Origin: an uncultured Parachlamydiaceae bacterium | Lineage (GTDB): Bacteria > Chlamydiota > Chlamydiia > Chlamydiales > Parachlamydiaceae | Assembly (NCBI GenBank): GCA_963752155.1 | Contig: CAVVXH010000015.1 | Location: 119,040-183,039 of the forward strand | Length of the DNA: 64,000 nt | Direction: 5' to 3' | Part shown: piece by piece, positions 18,853 through 28,452 of the stretch | Numbering within the stretch: position 1 is the stretch's first letter | How the letters are laid out: the number at the start of each line of letters is the position of its first letter | Made by a program: the position numbers and the translations under genes | The notes under the pieces: model-generated | The model's input: only the letters and a program-made list of their open reading frames with translations | Database searches by the model: none | What the model was told of the DNA's origin: nothing

Positions 18853-19725
18853 TTATTGTTGAACAGTCCCTAATTCATACCAACAATGTTCAGATCGGTT
18901 AATAAACTGGGTAGTATATCTAAATGCTAGCCCAGGAATATCCTTAAAATCGCAGGTTTTGCTTCCTAAACAAAAGAAAGCCGAACCTGACCCTGAAAGC
19001 AATGGATACTCAAAATCCAATGCTTCAAGGCTCTTTTTAAAATGATACAGAGAAGGAAGTAATTCGAAGGCTGATTCTTCTAAATCATTAAAGAAGATCG
19101 ATTGCCCTTCCATAAATTGTTTCAAACATATCATTGGATCTCGTTTTATTAATTTGTCTAACTTAAGATTTCGATAGACTAATGGAGTCGACAATCCTTG
19201 AACTGGCTTAAAAATCTGGAGATCTTGCTTAGGAAGCCGTGGAAGAGATTCTATCTGTTCTCCACGCCCCGTGCAGTAGGCGGTACCGCTGGAAAAGAAA
19301 AAAGGAACATCGGCTCCTATTTCTGCTGCCCAAGATGTAAGCTCCTGAATGGAAACAGGACTCTCCGCTAAACGATTCACAGCCCACAAAGCTGTTGCAG
19401 CATTACTACTGCCCCCTCCTAGGCCTGCTTCAACTGGAATACGCTTTTCGAGCTCAACTTTTACAGAGAAATGGTATCCTGTTTTATTACGATAAAGCTC
19501 TATTGCTTTCCAAATTAGATTTGTAGGACCGGTAGGAAGATGTGGATTGGTTGAGACCAGTTGATCTGTATCGCTTTTAGTCACATGTAGAGTATCGCAA
19601 AGGGCAATTGCCTGAAAAAGAGAAGCTAGCTCATGGTAGCCATCGGGACGTTTATGTAGAATGCGCAAAAAAAGGTTAACTTTTGCTGGGGATAATAGGG
19701 AAATGGAATTGAAAGAATGTGGCAT
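18853..19725 (-). CDS. ispE: CDP-ME kinase
   Basis: SPAKVNLFLRI, DGYHEL, AGLGGGSSNAA, GADVPFF, SGSGS. Confidence 0.96.
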   Translation of the reverse strand: MPHSFNSISLLSPAKVNLFLRILHKRPDGYHELASLFQAIALCDTLHVTKSDTDQLVSTNPHLPTGPTNLIWKAIELYRNKTGYHFSVKVELEKRIPVEAGLGGGSSNAATALWAVNRLAESPVSIQELTSWAAEIGADVPFFFSSGTAYCTGRGEQIESLPRLPKQDLQIFKPVQGLSTPLVYRNLKLDKLIKRDPMICLKQFMEGQSIFFNDLEESAFELLPSLYHFKKSLEALDFEYPLLSGSGSAFFCLGSKTCDFKDIPGLAFRYTTQFINRSEHCWYELGTVQQ

Positions 19726-19785
19726 GATTCATAAATGATTAAATTACAGAGTTTATAAGCAAAGCCTCCGATAATAGCCAATTTG

Positions 19786-20003
19786 CTCCTAAATAACAAA
19801 ATCGACTGATGGATATAAAGTATAGGAAAAATTAAACGCAAAGGCACGAAGGCCCAAAGAGATTTTACGCGAAGAATCTTCAGTTTAAAGAAAATAAGTA
19901 ACTTTTATACTTTACCTGTAAAATCTCTTTGTGCTCTTTGTGCCTTCGTGCCTTTGCGTTTAATTTTTCCTATACTTTATACCCTAATATCGCAGCACCT
20001 TTC
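19786..20003. repeat. Family B palindrome
   Basis: Inverted B arms between rplI and ispE. Confidence 0.9.
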
Positions 20004-20022
20004 TCACCTATTAAACAACATG

Positions 20023-20511
20023 TTATTTTTCCTCAGGAGCCTCTGGCTCTTCCGTAGCACCTTCAGCAACGACCTTCACTTGGAACGATGCAGTAACACC
20101 TTCAGGAAGTTTCACAATCACATTTGTCGTTCCAGTCTTCTTAATAGGATGAGGAAGCTGAATATGACGTTTTTCAAGCTTGATTGAAAGTTGTTCTTCA
20201 AGAAGATGAACAATATCTGTAGCAGATACAGATCCGTACATATGTCCATCGTGATCAACCTTGACAATTGTCGTCAGAATTTTTCCTTCAAGAGGAGCTG
20301 CAATTGCTTCAGCTTCTTTTTTATCGTCTGCAGCTTTTTTAAGACGCTCTTCTTTAAGACGCGCCTGCCTTCGCAAAGCATTTTTATCTGCAAATACCGC
20401 AGAACCCATTGGAACAAGGCGATTGCGCGCATATCCAGGCTTTACACTGACGATGTCGCCACTGCGACCTAGATCATCAACATCTTCGATGAGTAGCAAT
20501 TTCGTTGCCAT
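20023..20511 (-). CDS. rplI: 50S ribosomal protein L9
   Basis: LGRSGDIVSVKPGYARN, MYGSV. Confidence 0.97.
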   Translation of the reverse strand: MATKLLLIEDVDDLGRSGDIVSVKPGYARNRLVPMGSAVFADKNALRRQARLKEERLKKAADDKKEAEAIAAPLEGKILTTIVKVDHDGHMYGSVSATDIVHLLEEQLSIKLEKRHIQLPHPIKKTGTTNVIVKLPEGVTASFQVKVVAEGATEEPEAPEEK

Positions 20512-20531
20512 AATATTTCTCCTTCTCGATC

Positions 20532-20792
20532 TTAAACTTCAGAAACAAATGGCAAAAGAGCCATATGTCTAGCACGTTTGATAGCCACGGTTAACAGCTT
20601 TTGGAAATGTGCAGAGACCCCTGTGATGCGCCGCGGCAAAATCTTACCACGTTCTGTAATAAACTTTGTCAACGTATTCGTGTCTTTATAATCGATTTCC
20701 TTGACACCTGCTTGAGTAAACGGACAACGCTTTCTTTTTTTTCCTCGATCACCCGCATCAGGCAAAGAAGGTTTGGTTCTCTTTACAAACAT
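20532..20792 (-). CDS. rpsR: 30S ribosomal protein S18
   Basis: [31 protein letters not shown] before ATG 20792. Confidence 0.96.
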   Translation of the reverse strand: MFVKRTKPSLPDAGDRGKKRKRCPFTQAGVKEIDYKDTNTLTKFITERGKILPRRITGVSAHFQKLLTVAIKRARHMALLPFVSEV

Positions 20793-20805
20793 ATTAACTT
20801 TCTCC

Positions 20806-21150
20806 TTATTCAACGGGTTCTAAAGCTTTAAATTCGATTTTTTCCATGACTTTATCAGTCGTGAGCGTAATAAAACGAACAAGATTTTCATTTAAGTGAT
20901 ATTCTTGCCAAAGTTCAGAAATGGCATCAGGTCGAACTTTGAAATAGATAACATAGTAGTATCCTTCACGATGCTTCTCAATTTCATACGCTAAACGACG
21001 GCGTCCTTGTTCATGAATTTTTACGATTTCACCCGTACGTGAGGTAATCCCCTCTTGAATTTTCTCCAAAACCTTACGTCGTGCATCATCGCCAATTGTA
21101 GCGCTAATGACGTACATCCCTTCATACAGATTTTGCTTTGTTTGACTCAT
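20806..21150 (-). CDS. rpsF: 30S ribosomal protein S6
   Basis: [20 protein letters not shown]. Confidence 0.96.
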   Translation of the reverse strand: MSQTKQNLYEGMYVISATIGDDARRKVLEKIQEGITSRTGEIVKIHEQGRRRLAYEIEKHREGYYYVIYFKVRPDAISELWQEYHLNENLVRFITLTTDKVMEKIEFKALEPVE

Positions 21151-21159
21151 ACTTTGCTC

Positions 21160-21750
21160 CTAGCCGTTTCTATTCATTACTTTTTCAATCGACTCAGTCA
21201 TTACGTTTTTAATAACGACTGACCCTTGCTCTAAAAAGCCCTCTAACTTTTCCAATTCTTCCGGCTTAAAAAGGTCGAGGACATACTCCGCAAGAGTTGC
21301 CGTTCCTAATTCTTTGCCAATCCCCATTCTCAAACGCACATATTCCCGCGTTCCCAAATGAGCTTCTATGCTTTTAAGGCCGTTGTGGCCACCAGGGCTC
21401 CCTTGAGCACGAAGCCGCAGTTGTCCAAAAGGCAATGCTACATCGTCACACACAACCATGAGGGCATTGACCTTAAAATTAAAAAAATCCAAGTACGCTC
21501 TTACCGAGCGTCCACTCTCATTCATATATGTTAGCGGCAGTAGGAGATGAAGAGTCTTCGTCTGATATCTCCCTTTAGCCACCAGTGCGTGAAACCGCTT
21601 TTCCTCCTTGAAGGTAAAACCTAACTGGCGGGCTAGCATCTTAGCGAGGAGAAATCCGATATTATGCCGTGTATACTCATACTGTCGACCTGGATTTCCC
21701 AGACCGACTAAAACATAATGTTCGGAGTGCTCTTCTTCAGCGTGGTTCAC
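21160..21750 (-). CDS. pth: Peptidyl-tRNA hydrolase
   Basis: VGLGNPG..Y..TRHNIGF, TYMNESG, GGHNGLKSI. Confidence 0.97.
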   Translation of the reverse strand: MNHAEEEHSEHYVLVGLGNPGRQYEYTRHNIGFLLAKMLARQLGFTFKEEKRFHALVAKGRYQTKTLHLLLPLTYMNESGRSVRAYLDFFNFKVNALMVVCDDVALPFGQLRLRAQGSPGGHNGLKSIEAHLGTREYVRLRMGIGKELGTATLAEYVLDLFKPEELEKLEGFLEQGSVVIKNVMTESIEKVMNRNG

Positions 21751-21763
21751 CTATAGGCCTATC

Positions 21764-22324
21764 TTAACGCTTCGCAACGACAACTACGACCTCTTCAAGA
21801 TTGGTCAAAGGTCTGACTGTTTCAGGAATATCCAAATCTTTTAAACGTCTCGAATCGCGAGGCCCTAAGTCCTTAACATCAAGTTGAAATGCTGTTGGAA
21901 TATGTTCCGGCAAGCACGAAACGCGTATTGAGCGAATGACTGAACGTAGAACAAATCCCAATTTTACTCCGACACAATCTGCTACATTAATCCATTCAAT
22001 CGGCACTTTAATGTTAACTTTATGACCATCAACTAACTCTTCAAAATCCAAGTGGATCACTTGATAATTTGTCGGATGATATTGAATATCTTTTATAATT
22101 GCACGCTTGGAAACTCCCGCTTCATCGACAAGGTCAAAGATTTGATTTGACAAATGACCGGACTTTACATTTCGCAGGAATGCGGTAAATTCGCTTTCGT
22201 TAATTGCGATATTTGTGGAATTATTTCCACGTGAGTAGATGATCGAAGGGATCGAGCCTTCATGACGAAGACGCTTGGAATCGTTTTTGCGTTGACGATT
22301 TCTTGAAAAATATTTCAGCTTCAT
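21764..22324 (-). CDS. rplY: 50S ribosomal protein L25/Ctc
   Basis: RLRHEGSIPSIIY, IQYHP..VIHLDF, GVKLG; RBS GGAGG before ATG 22324. Confidence 0.93.
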   Translation of the reverse strand: MKLKYFSRNRQRKNDSKRLRHEGSIPSIIYSRGNNSTNIAINESEFTAFLRNVKSGHLSNQIFDLVDEAGVSKRAIIKDIQYHPTNYQVIHLDFEELVDGHKVNIKVPIEWINVADCVGVKLGFVLRSVIRSIRVSCLPEHIPTAFQLDVKDLGPRDSRRLKDLDIPETVRPLTNLEEVVVVVAKR

Positions 22325-22418
22325 GTAATCCTCCACATGCTGGTCACTTTTAAGCACTGGGACGAAATTGACGCTCTAAGAGCAGCATCGATAACGTCTG
22401 TATAAATTATAAACACTG

Positions 22419-22579
22419 TAGATGACACGACGAGACACCACCAAAATCAGGAATGGAAGGTCGAAAGGAATGCACTTCATAAAGTGCATAGACTAAGAAG
22501 CTAAAACTTAGCTTTGCATAGCTCTTCCCTCGGCATGCTTTCGCTGCTGACACCCAAGTATCAGCGAGAAGAACATCTA
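22419..22579 (-). ncRNA. Candidate structured RNA between tRNA-Gln and rplY
   Basis: Closing helix TAGATG/CATCTA around at least three hairpins; no credible ORF. Confidence 0.3.
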
Positions 22580-22603
22580 TTTGTAAACCCATAGATTTAC
22601 AGT

Positions 22604-22675
22604 TTGGGGTGGAAGGATTCGAACCTCCGCATGGCGGTACCAAAAACCGCTGCCTTACCGCTTGGCGACACCCCA
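22604..22675 (-). tRNA. tRNA-Gln (TTG)
   Basis: TGGGGTG/CACCCCA acceptor stem, anticodon loop TTTTGGT, GGTTCGAATCC. Confidence 0.96.
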
Positions 22676-22791
22676 TTAGCACGCGACCTTAGTCGGCTTG
22701 CTTTGATGTCATCATGATAGCAAGCCTCTATTTTTCACGCAATCGGATTTTTTATTTTTTTTTATTTTTTCCAAAATGACCTTCAGGTAAG

Positions 22792-22922
22792 GGCAAGGAC
22801 AGCAAGGACGACAGGGACAACAAGGACTACAACAAAGACAATCGTCAATCATTAGTCTTGTTATATATAATCCCTGTTGTCCTTGCTGTCCTTGTTGTCC
22901 TTGTTGTCCTTGCTGTCCTTGA
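22792..22922. repeat. Family E: inverted 9-nt arrays (CAAGGACAG/CAAGGACAA)
   Basis: Forward units at 22792-22842, reverse units at 22872-22921; second copy at 55777-55941. Confidence 0.9.
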
Positions 22923-24530
22923 TCAGCCTACAGATAAGGGAGGTAAACCTTGAACCTGTGGAGGATTTCCCCTCCCACATAAAATTATCATCCCTCGACA
23001 ACCTTCATATTCACCGATAAGAGCATTGAGCTGAATATTAATACTAGAAAATAAACTACGGATTTGAGCTTGTAAATATGAATGTCCCCTTGAATTTTGC
23101 AACAAACTACTGATTTGTTTATTATAAGTTTCTCTCATTGCGTTCAATCCTTCACTTTCTTTACAATAATCATCTTCGCTATTCATTTTAATTTTCGTTT
23201 TTAACAATGTTTCATAAAATGCTCTAGCCTCTTTCATTTGTGATTCAATAGGCCGAAGCTGTTCTTTATTGTCAAACCAATCTTTAGTGTACCCTACAAA
23301 CCATCTGATATCACTTGCTGTTTTCTGATCCAAATCATCAAAATGCTCTAGCTTTGCAATTTCCAAAGCAAGTGCTGCCCGATATGTTTCCAAATCGTCA
23401 ATGTCCTGCAATGCAATAAATGCCTTCTTCACTTCTACAAGTTGCCTTTTCGCATATTCAGAACGCATTTCTTTAATGCCAGTTTCAATTTTATATTTAT
23501 TCATCGGATCATAAGCAATAAATTCTTGAAGTTTTTTGATTACACTTTCACAAAGTTCTCTAAACGATTCAAACTGGTCAATCTTTTTGATCTCTTCAAA
23601 TATTAGATGTGATTGATAGAGTTGCCTTGATGCACATTCAGTATGAACTTCTCTAATAAATTCTTTAATCTTGTCATTGATTTGCCCTCTTGAAAAAGGT
23701 GATGCACAGTCAAACAACGCCTTTTTAAGGTTGCTAATCTCATCTTTACAAGCAATCATAAATGATTCAAATGGAACAATCTCTTTAATTTCATCAAATT
23801 TTTTCTTAGAGTGTGGTAATTGTCTTGACGCATATTCATATTGAATATTTTCAATAGCATTATTGCAGTGACTTATAGATAATGCAAATTCAATAAATTT
23901 TAAAGACTTTGCATATGTTACACAATCTTTAAATTTCTGAATTTCCTCATTGCATTTAGCGTAAAGTTCATCCAAATTAGGAAAATTATCGTATTCAATA
24001 TTCGAATTTTTTATTAATTTTTCGACCAATTCTTTCAAAATAGAAAAAATAACCGAATCAATTTTAGAATTAATTTCTTGAGCTATCTCAAAATCTCTAT
24101 TAAGCCTTAAATTTACTAATCTAGTAATTTCATTTATACTTTTTTCTTTATAATTAGGATCTTCTGTAACCTTTAACTGACTTAAAAAATCTCGAGAACA
24201 TTTAATCATAGAATTATAATTTTCCAAGATATTATTTGATGACGCTGAAATATCCGAAGATGATTTTGTGTGAATTGCAATAGCACCTTGACGTTGACGA
24301 TAAGAAAAATAATAGAAGCTTACTGCAGAGGCCAAGAGAAGGAGGGGGATTCCTGCAGATATAGAAAACATCTTCGACACAGCAACCATGCTACCTACTG
24401 TCAATAGGGTTTTTCCAACAATAGAAATACGTTGCAAAAGGTTCAGCTTTCCACTCACCGTCCTACCATCGATTCGACATTGATATTGAAACGGATTCAC
24501 AAAACTATTTAGTATTTTCAAAGAATTCAT
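22923..24530 (-). CDS. Hypothetical membrane-anchored helical repeat protein (Inc-like)
   Basis: N-terminal hydrophobic hairpin and three about 60-aa repeats (EYASRQL, ECASRQL, EYAKRQL). Confidence 0.75.
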   Translation of the reverse strand: MNSLKILNSFVNPFQYQCRIDGRTVSGKLNLLQRISIVGKTLLTVGSMVAVSKMFSISAGIPLLLLASAVSFYYFSYRQRQGAIAIHTKSSSDISASSNNILENYNSMIKCSRDFLSQLKVTEDPNYKEKSINEITRLVNLRLNRDFEIAQEINSKIDSVIFSILKELVEKLIKNSNIEYDNFPNLDELYAKCNEEIQKFKDCVTYAKSLKFIEFALSISHCNNAIENIQYEYASRQLPHSKKKFDEIKEIVPFESFMIACKDEISNLKKALFDCASPFSRGQINDKIKEFIREVHTECASRQLYQSHLIFEEIKKIDQFESFRELCESVIKKLQEFIAYDPMNKYKIETGIKEMRSEYAKRQLVEVKKAFIALQDIDDLETYRAALALEIAKLEHFDDLDQKTASDIRWFVGYTKDWFDNKEQLRPIESQMKEARAFYETLLKTKIKMNSEDDYCKESEGLNAMRETYNKQISSLLQNSRGHSYLQAQIRSLFSSINIQLNALIGEYEGCRGMIILCGRGNPPQVQGLPPLSVG

Positions 24531-24702
24531 TCCTTATGTTCCTCTTTATATATTACGTTTGATTTATATTTTTCGACACCTAAACATACTTTATCACAAG
24601 CGTGAAATATTAAACAATTAATTTCTCTAGCATCTAATGAAATTATAACGATTTTTTGAAAAATATTTCGTGCCCGTGCCCATACGCATTAAGCTAAGAC
24701 CT

Positions 24703-24874
24703 TATAGGAAAAATTAAACACAAAGGCACGAAGGCACAAAGAGCACAAAGAGATCTTACATGTAAAGATCGTACTAACCAAAAAATTCAGCAATTTTTTA
24801 AAACTGAAGATACTTCGTGTAAGACCTCTTTGTGCTCTTTGCGCCTTCGTGCCTTTGTGTTTAATTTTTCTTAG
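24703..24874. repeat. Family B palindrome
   Basis: Inverted B arms; the loop includes a family A-like fragment. Confidence 0.88.
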
Positions 24875-24994
24875 TTAACTTCATGTGCCCTGATTCCCAA
24901 AAAGTTTAATGTTGCACAAAAAAAGTTCATCGTTATATACTCAAACTTTTACGCGCTACAAAAAAATCACTAAAGATTAATTTGAGGTAAATTT

Positions 24995-27900
24995 ATGCAA
25001 AGTAGTTCTGTAGAAAGAATCAATCACTCCACATACAAAATAACATGCAACGATCAAATTTATCTTGTAAAAATCGGTAGATCTATGCCCAGCTTCCTCC
25101 GAGGAAGGGATTCTGAAGCTAAGCAAATTCGTCGACAAGAATTTTTTTACAATTTAGTTACAGAATTGGCAGAAGGAATTAAAAAAAATCAACGCGCAAC
25201 GTCTTTTACGGTTGGATATAAAACTTGGAATGTTAGTGAATATGAAAAAAAATCCCCTTTGCTTGGGAGAATTTCTTCCTTTTTTCACAATGCGGGGTCG
25301 AGTAATGTTATTCGTCTGAAAATTACAGATAATTTTAGAATTCCTTATGAAAAATGGATCCCTATTCAAGGTTACTGGAATGCTAACGAACTTGCCGAAA
25401 ATGCCTTTAACCAGCGTCATGCCCAAAGATCTTTCAATCCGGATAGGATTCTCAAAAATCGTTTTCAAGGTGTTTTAGAGGCAGAACGGTGCGGTGAATT
25501 AATTACCAGTGAGCAACTTCTTACTCCAACCTTTTCCTCCCCCTTTACAACCCTTTCTGCAAAGGCTTTTCAAAAATACGAAAAAGAATACTCAGGTAGC
25601 GACTATTTTTGCCCAGAAGCCACCCTTACCTGCCTACAATTACATGAAAATGAACTGCAGCTCATTAAAAAATCGACTTTAAAAGACAAAAATCAAATTG
25701 AGCAAACAAGGATCAATAAAAAAACAATTGATCGCTACGTCTCTCAAATTATCCAAGAGAATGGAGAGGAAAAATTCAAATACATCTCCTATCTTTATAA
25801 GCTCGACTTCAAAGCATTATCCGATAACGGAATGCCATTGACACCAGAGCACGTTTACCGAATGAATATTGGGTTGCAAAATATCGAAGTCGATGAGGTA
25901 AAACAACTCTTCACATCACTTAAAGACCTCTATTTGATTATAGCTTGCCAAGATCCTCGAGAGCCTCTAATCAATGCCCTCTCTCAAATTTCAAGCCGAA
26001 CATTCCCCATCAACCCATTGCGTGGAATTATTCAAATTCTTCAGAGAGAGAAAAAAAATAGCAATGTTCCCTTAAGAGTAGAAGATTTGCAAAAATGGCT
26101 TCAAACTTTTGAACAATACAACACGAAATCCATTTCTCAATTACCCCCCCACCCTCTTAACCTTTTGACAGAAGTTTTAACATTATCAAAAGAAGATCAA
26201 GCAAGGAATTTTACTGGAAGAAGAATTGATAAAGTGATCAAAGCCGGGGGCTACACCCTAGCAGAAGGAATTGAACAAAAACCCTGGATAGATCAACAAG
26301 AACTCTTGCATTTTTTTTCTGAACTAGAAGAGGCCTCCAGTTTTCACAGCTATTACGAAAAATTAGCTCACGTCCTATGCAAAAAGCATCTATTTCGGCA
26401 GCACCCCATTTTGGGTTGCAAGACCGGCGCTATCATTCCAGCCCCTAGAGATCTCAATGGAAACAAACGTTGGTATCAGGTTGAGGAAAGCATTTACAAT
26501 GGATACGGAAAAGTTTGTTATTCATTGACTCCATTAGGTAATGATAAATCTCTTCCTCACATTAAACTCTACAGAAGTACAGCATCTAATAAAGCGAATG
26601 CATTTAATGCTAAAAGTGTACGCAATGATGCTAATCCTTTAAATTGTGCGGGTTATGAAGGAAAAAATAGATCTGAACAATACGAAAATCCTTTTATCCA
26701 CAAGCGAACACTTCTCGTATGGGTTGCCTATCTCATGCAAGCCCAAAAATGTTTAAATGAATTCGGGGGAAGTCCCAGCCAAGAGCAGCTTGCTAAAGTT
26801 CATTCCTTGCTAACCAAAGCCAATCATGAGCTCAAAGCCACTGAAAGTGATTCCACTAAAATCCTGACTTTGGGCGATATTATGCGAAAACATGATGGTA
26901 TTTTAAATACATTTTTTTCGATTAAACAATTTGATGCAACTTTTTTTAATAAACTTCGATCCAACCATATCCTCTCTAAAACTACCGATAAAGAAAAAAT
27001 TAAGGCCGATGCAAAAGCTATGTTGAATCTTCTTCCTGACTTTGATTCTGAATTAGTACGTACAGGGCTCATAAAGAAATACAACACAAAACTCATCGAC
27101 CAATGGACACTCGAAGTTAAAGCTTTACGTAAAGAAATAAATGATCATCTATTATCAAACGCAGCAGAAGTAAAAAGAAATGAAATACTCGATAATTTAA
27201 ATGATGAGATTTTTTCAAAATCTCATTCAATGAATGTTCATTCAAATTATCTAGAAGTAACAAATTTGATTAAATGGTCAAATATTCTACATATGCATGC
27301 TGAAAAACTTAAGGAAACGATTGAATTTAAAAATCCTGGAGATTTGGTCTATCTTGGTCATAGCTTAGGAGGAGGACTTGCACAAGTGGGCGCCAGTGAC
27401 CTTATCAAAAGCCACAGAGTCCCCTGTCCATCTCATAAATTCTCTACAATTGCTTTTGACGCTCCAGGGATCCATCAAGAAGATAACATCCTGTACAATG
27501 AGTTCATCAAAAAGCATCATGAACTCTTTGTTGAACAAGACATTAAGTTTGAAATTTATCATCAACACGAGGCTCATGATCCCGTTCCTGCCGGAGGCAT
27601 TCACCTTGGTGGTGCTAACAGCAAAGAAGAAGCCAATATTTTGAAAAATTTAACTCATTTTAAATTTACTGGTCTTGTGATGTCACGCATGAAAAATGTT
27701 AATCATCCCGACATTCGCGATGTAAAGACTGTCCACGAAACTCGGTTTCTTGAAGGCATTGAAGGGCTAGACTATGAGGCTAAACGTTTTTGTCCTAAAA
27801 AACTTGGTATTTTGGAGCTAGGAAATCAATTTAAAGGAATCACTCCTCATAAAGCAGAAGATAAATCTGGAAAGTTGAGTGACAAATTCTGGCAATATCC

Positions 27901-28063
27901 CTTGAGACCCTCTACAGCCAATAGATTACAAAAAAGCACTTGGGTTTACTGGGCTTTGTACTGTTGGTTTGGAGAAGAATGGGTTATACAGGACCCTCGC
28001 TACACAAATGAAATAGATTCTGCAGGGATGCTATGTGCTAGAAACGATGGTCTGGCTAAATAG
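24995..28063 (+). CDS. Large protein with C-terminal class 3 lipase-like alpha/beta hydrolase domain
   Basis: YLGHSLGGGLAQ nucleophile elbow, AFDAPG, HDPVP. Confidence 0.75.
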   Translation: MQSSSVERINHSTYKITCNDQIYLVKIGRSMPSFLRGRDSEAKQIRRQEFFYNLVTELAEGIKKNQRATSFTVGYKTWNVSEYEKKSPLLGRISSFFHNAGSSNVIRLKITDNFRIPYEKWIPIQGYWNANELAENAFNQRHAQRSFNPDRILKNRFQGVLEAERCGELITSEQLLTPTFSSPFTTLSAKAFQKYEKEYSGSDYFCPEATLTCLQLHENELQLIKKSTLKDKNQIEQTRINKKTIDRYVSQIIQENGEEKFKYISYLYKLDFKALSDNGMPLTPEHVYRMNIGLQNIEVDEVKQLFTSLKDLYLIIACQDPREPLINALSQISSRTFPINPLRGIIQILQREKKNSNVPLRVEDLQKWLQTFEQYNTKSISQLPPHPLNLLTEVLTLSKEDQARNFTGRRIDKVIKAGGYTLAEGIEQKPWIDQQELLHFFSELEEASSFHSYYEKLAHVLCKKHLFRQHPILGCKTGAIIPAPRDLNGNKRWYQVEESIYNGYGKVCYSLTPLGNDKSLPHIKLYRSTASNKANAFNAKSVRNDANPLNCAGYEGKNRSEQYENPFIHKRTLLVWVAYLMQAQKCLNEFGGSPSQEQLAKVHSLLTKANHELKATESDSTKILTLGDIMRKHDGILNTFFSIKQFDATFFNKLRSNHILSKTTDKEKIKADAKAMLNLLPDFDSELVRTGLIKKYNTKLIDQWTLEVKALRKEINDHLLSNAAEVKRNEILDNLNDEIFSKSHSMNVHSNYLEVTNLIKWSNILHMHAEKLKETIEFKNPGDLVYLGHSLGGGLAQVGASDLIKSHRVPCPSHKFSTIAFDAPGIHQEDNILYNEFIKKHHELFVEQDIKFEIYHQHEAHDPVPAGGIHLGGANSKEEANILKNLTHFKFTGLVMSRMKNVNHPDIRDVKTVHETRFLEGIEGLDYEAKRFCPKKLGILELGNQFKGITPHKAEDKSGKLSDKFWQYPLRPSTANRLQKSTWVYWALYCWFGEEWVIQDPRYTNEIDSAGMLCARNDGLAK

Positions 28064-28067
28064 GCGT

Positions 28068-28143
28068 TCACGGGGTAAAGCAAAAAGGCCATTGCCATTC
28101 TGCTGCGCAGAATGGCAATGGCCTTTTTGCTTCACCCCGTGAC
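28068..28143. repeat. Long near-perfect hairpin after the lipase-like gene (possible terminator)
   Basis: TCACGGGGTAAAGCAAAAAGGCCATTGCCATTCTGC-TGC-GCAGAATGGCAATGGCCTTTTTGCTTCACCCCGTGA. Confidence 0.85.
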
Positions 28144-28327
28144 GTAATTTAAAAACACGCATCTAGGGGTTACTCAGGCAACTCAACTGCCTGTCAGATA
28201 TGGGGGGAAGAAAGGGAAGTTTTAATTTATATTTTCGTGAACGCTTCCATTTTCTTCTTTTCGATTAAAAAAGAATGAGGTAACATCCAATATGCAGCTT
28301 CCGTGCAAGAAAACTAGCGAGAAGTCA

Positions 28328-28426
28328 GCAATTCCCGCTAATTTTTGTGCCCGTGCCCGTGACCGAAAATTTGTAAAATCTACGAAATTTTTCGGGCACG
28401 GGCACGAAAGTTTAGCGGGAAGTAGC
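28328..28426. repeat. Family F palindrome
   Basis: TTCCCGCTAATTTTTGTGCCCGTGCCCG ... CGGGCACGGGCACGAAAGTTTAGCGGGAA. Confidence 0.85.
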
Positions 28427-28452
28427 GGGATTATCTGTAATTAAGGATTATT

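Noticed and set aside
19626..20187. Two ORFs starting MPLRLIFPILY
   Set aside because: Both start in opposite arms of one family B palindrome
22407..22682. 91-aa ORF
   Set aside because: Overlaps tRNA-Gln
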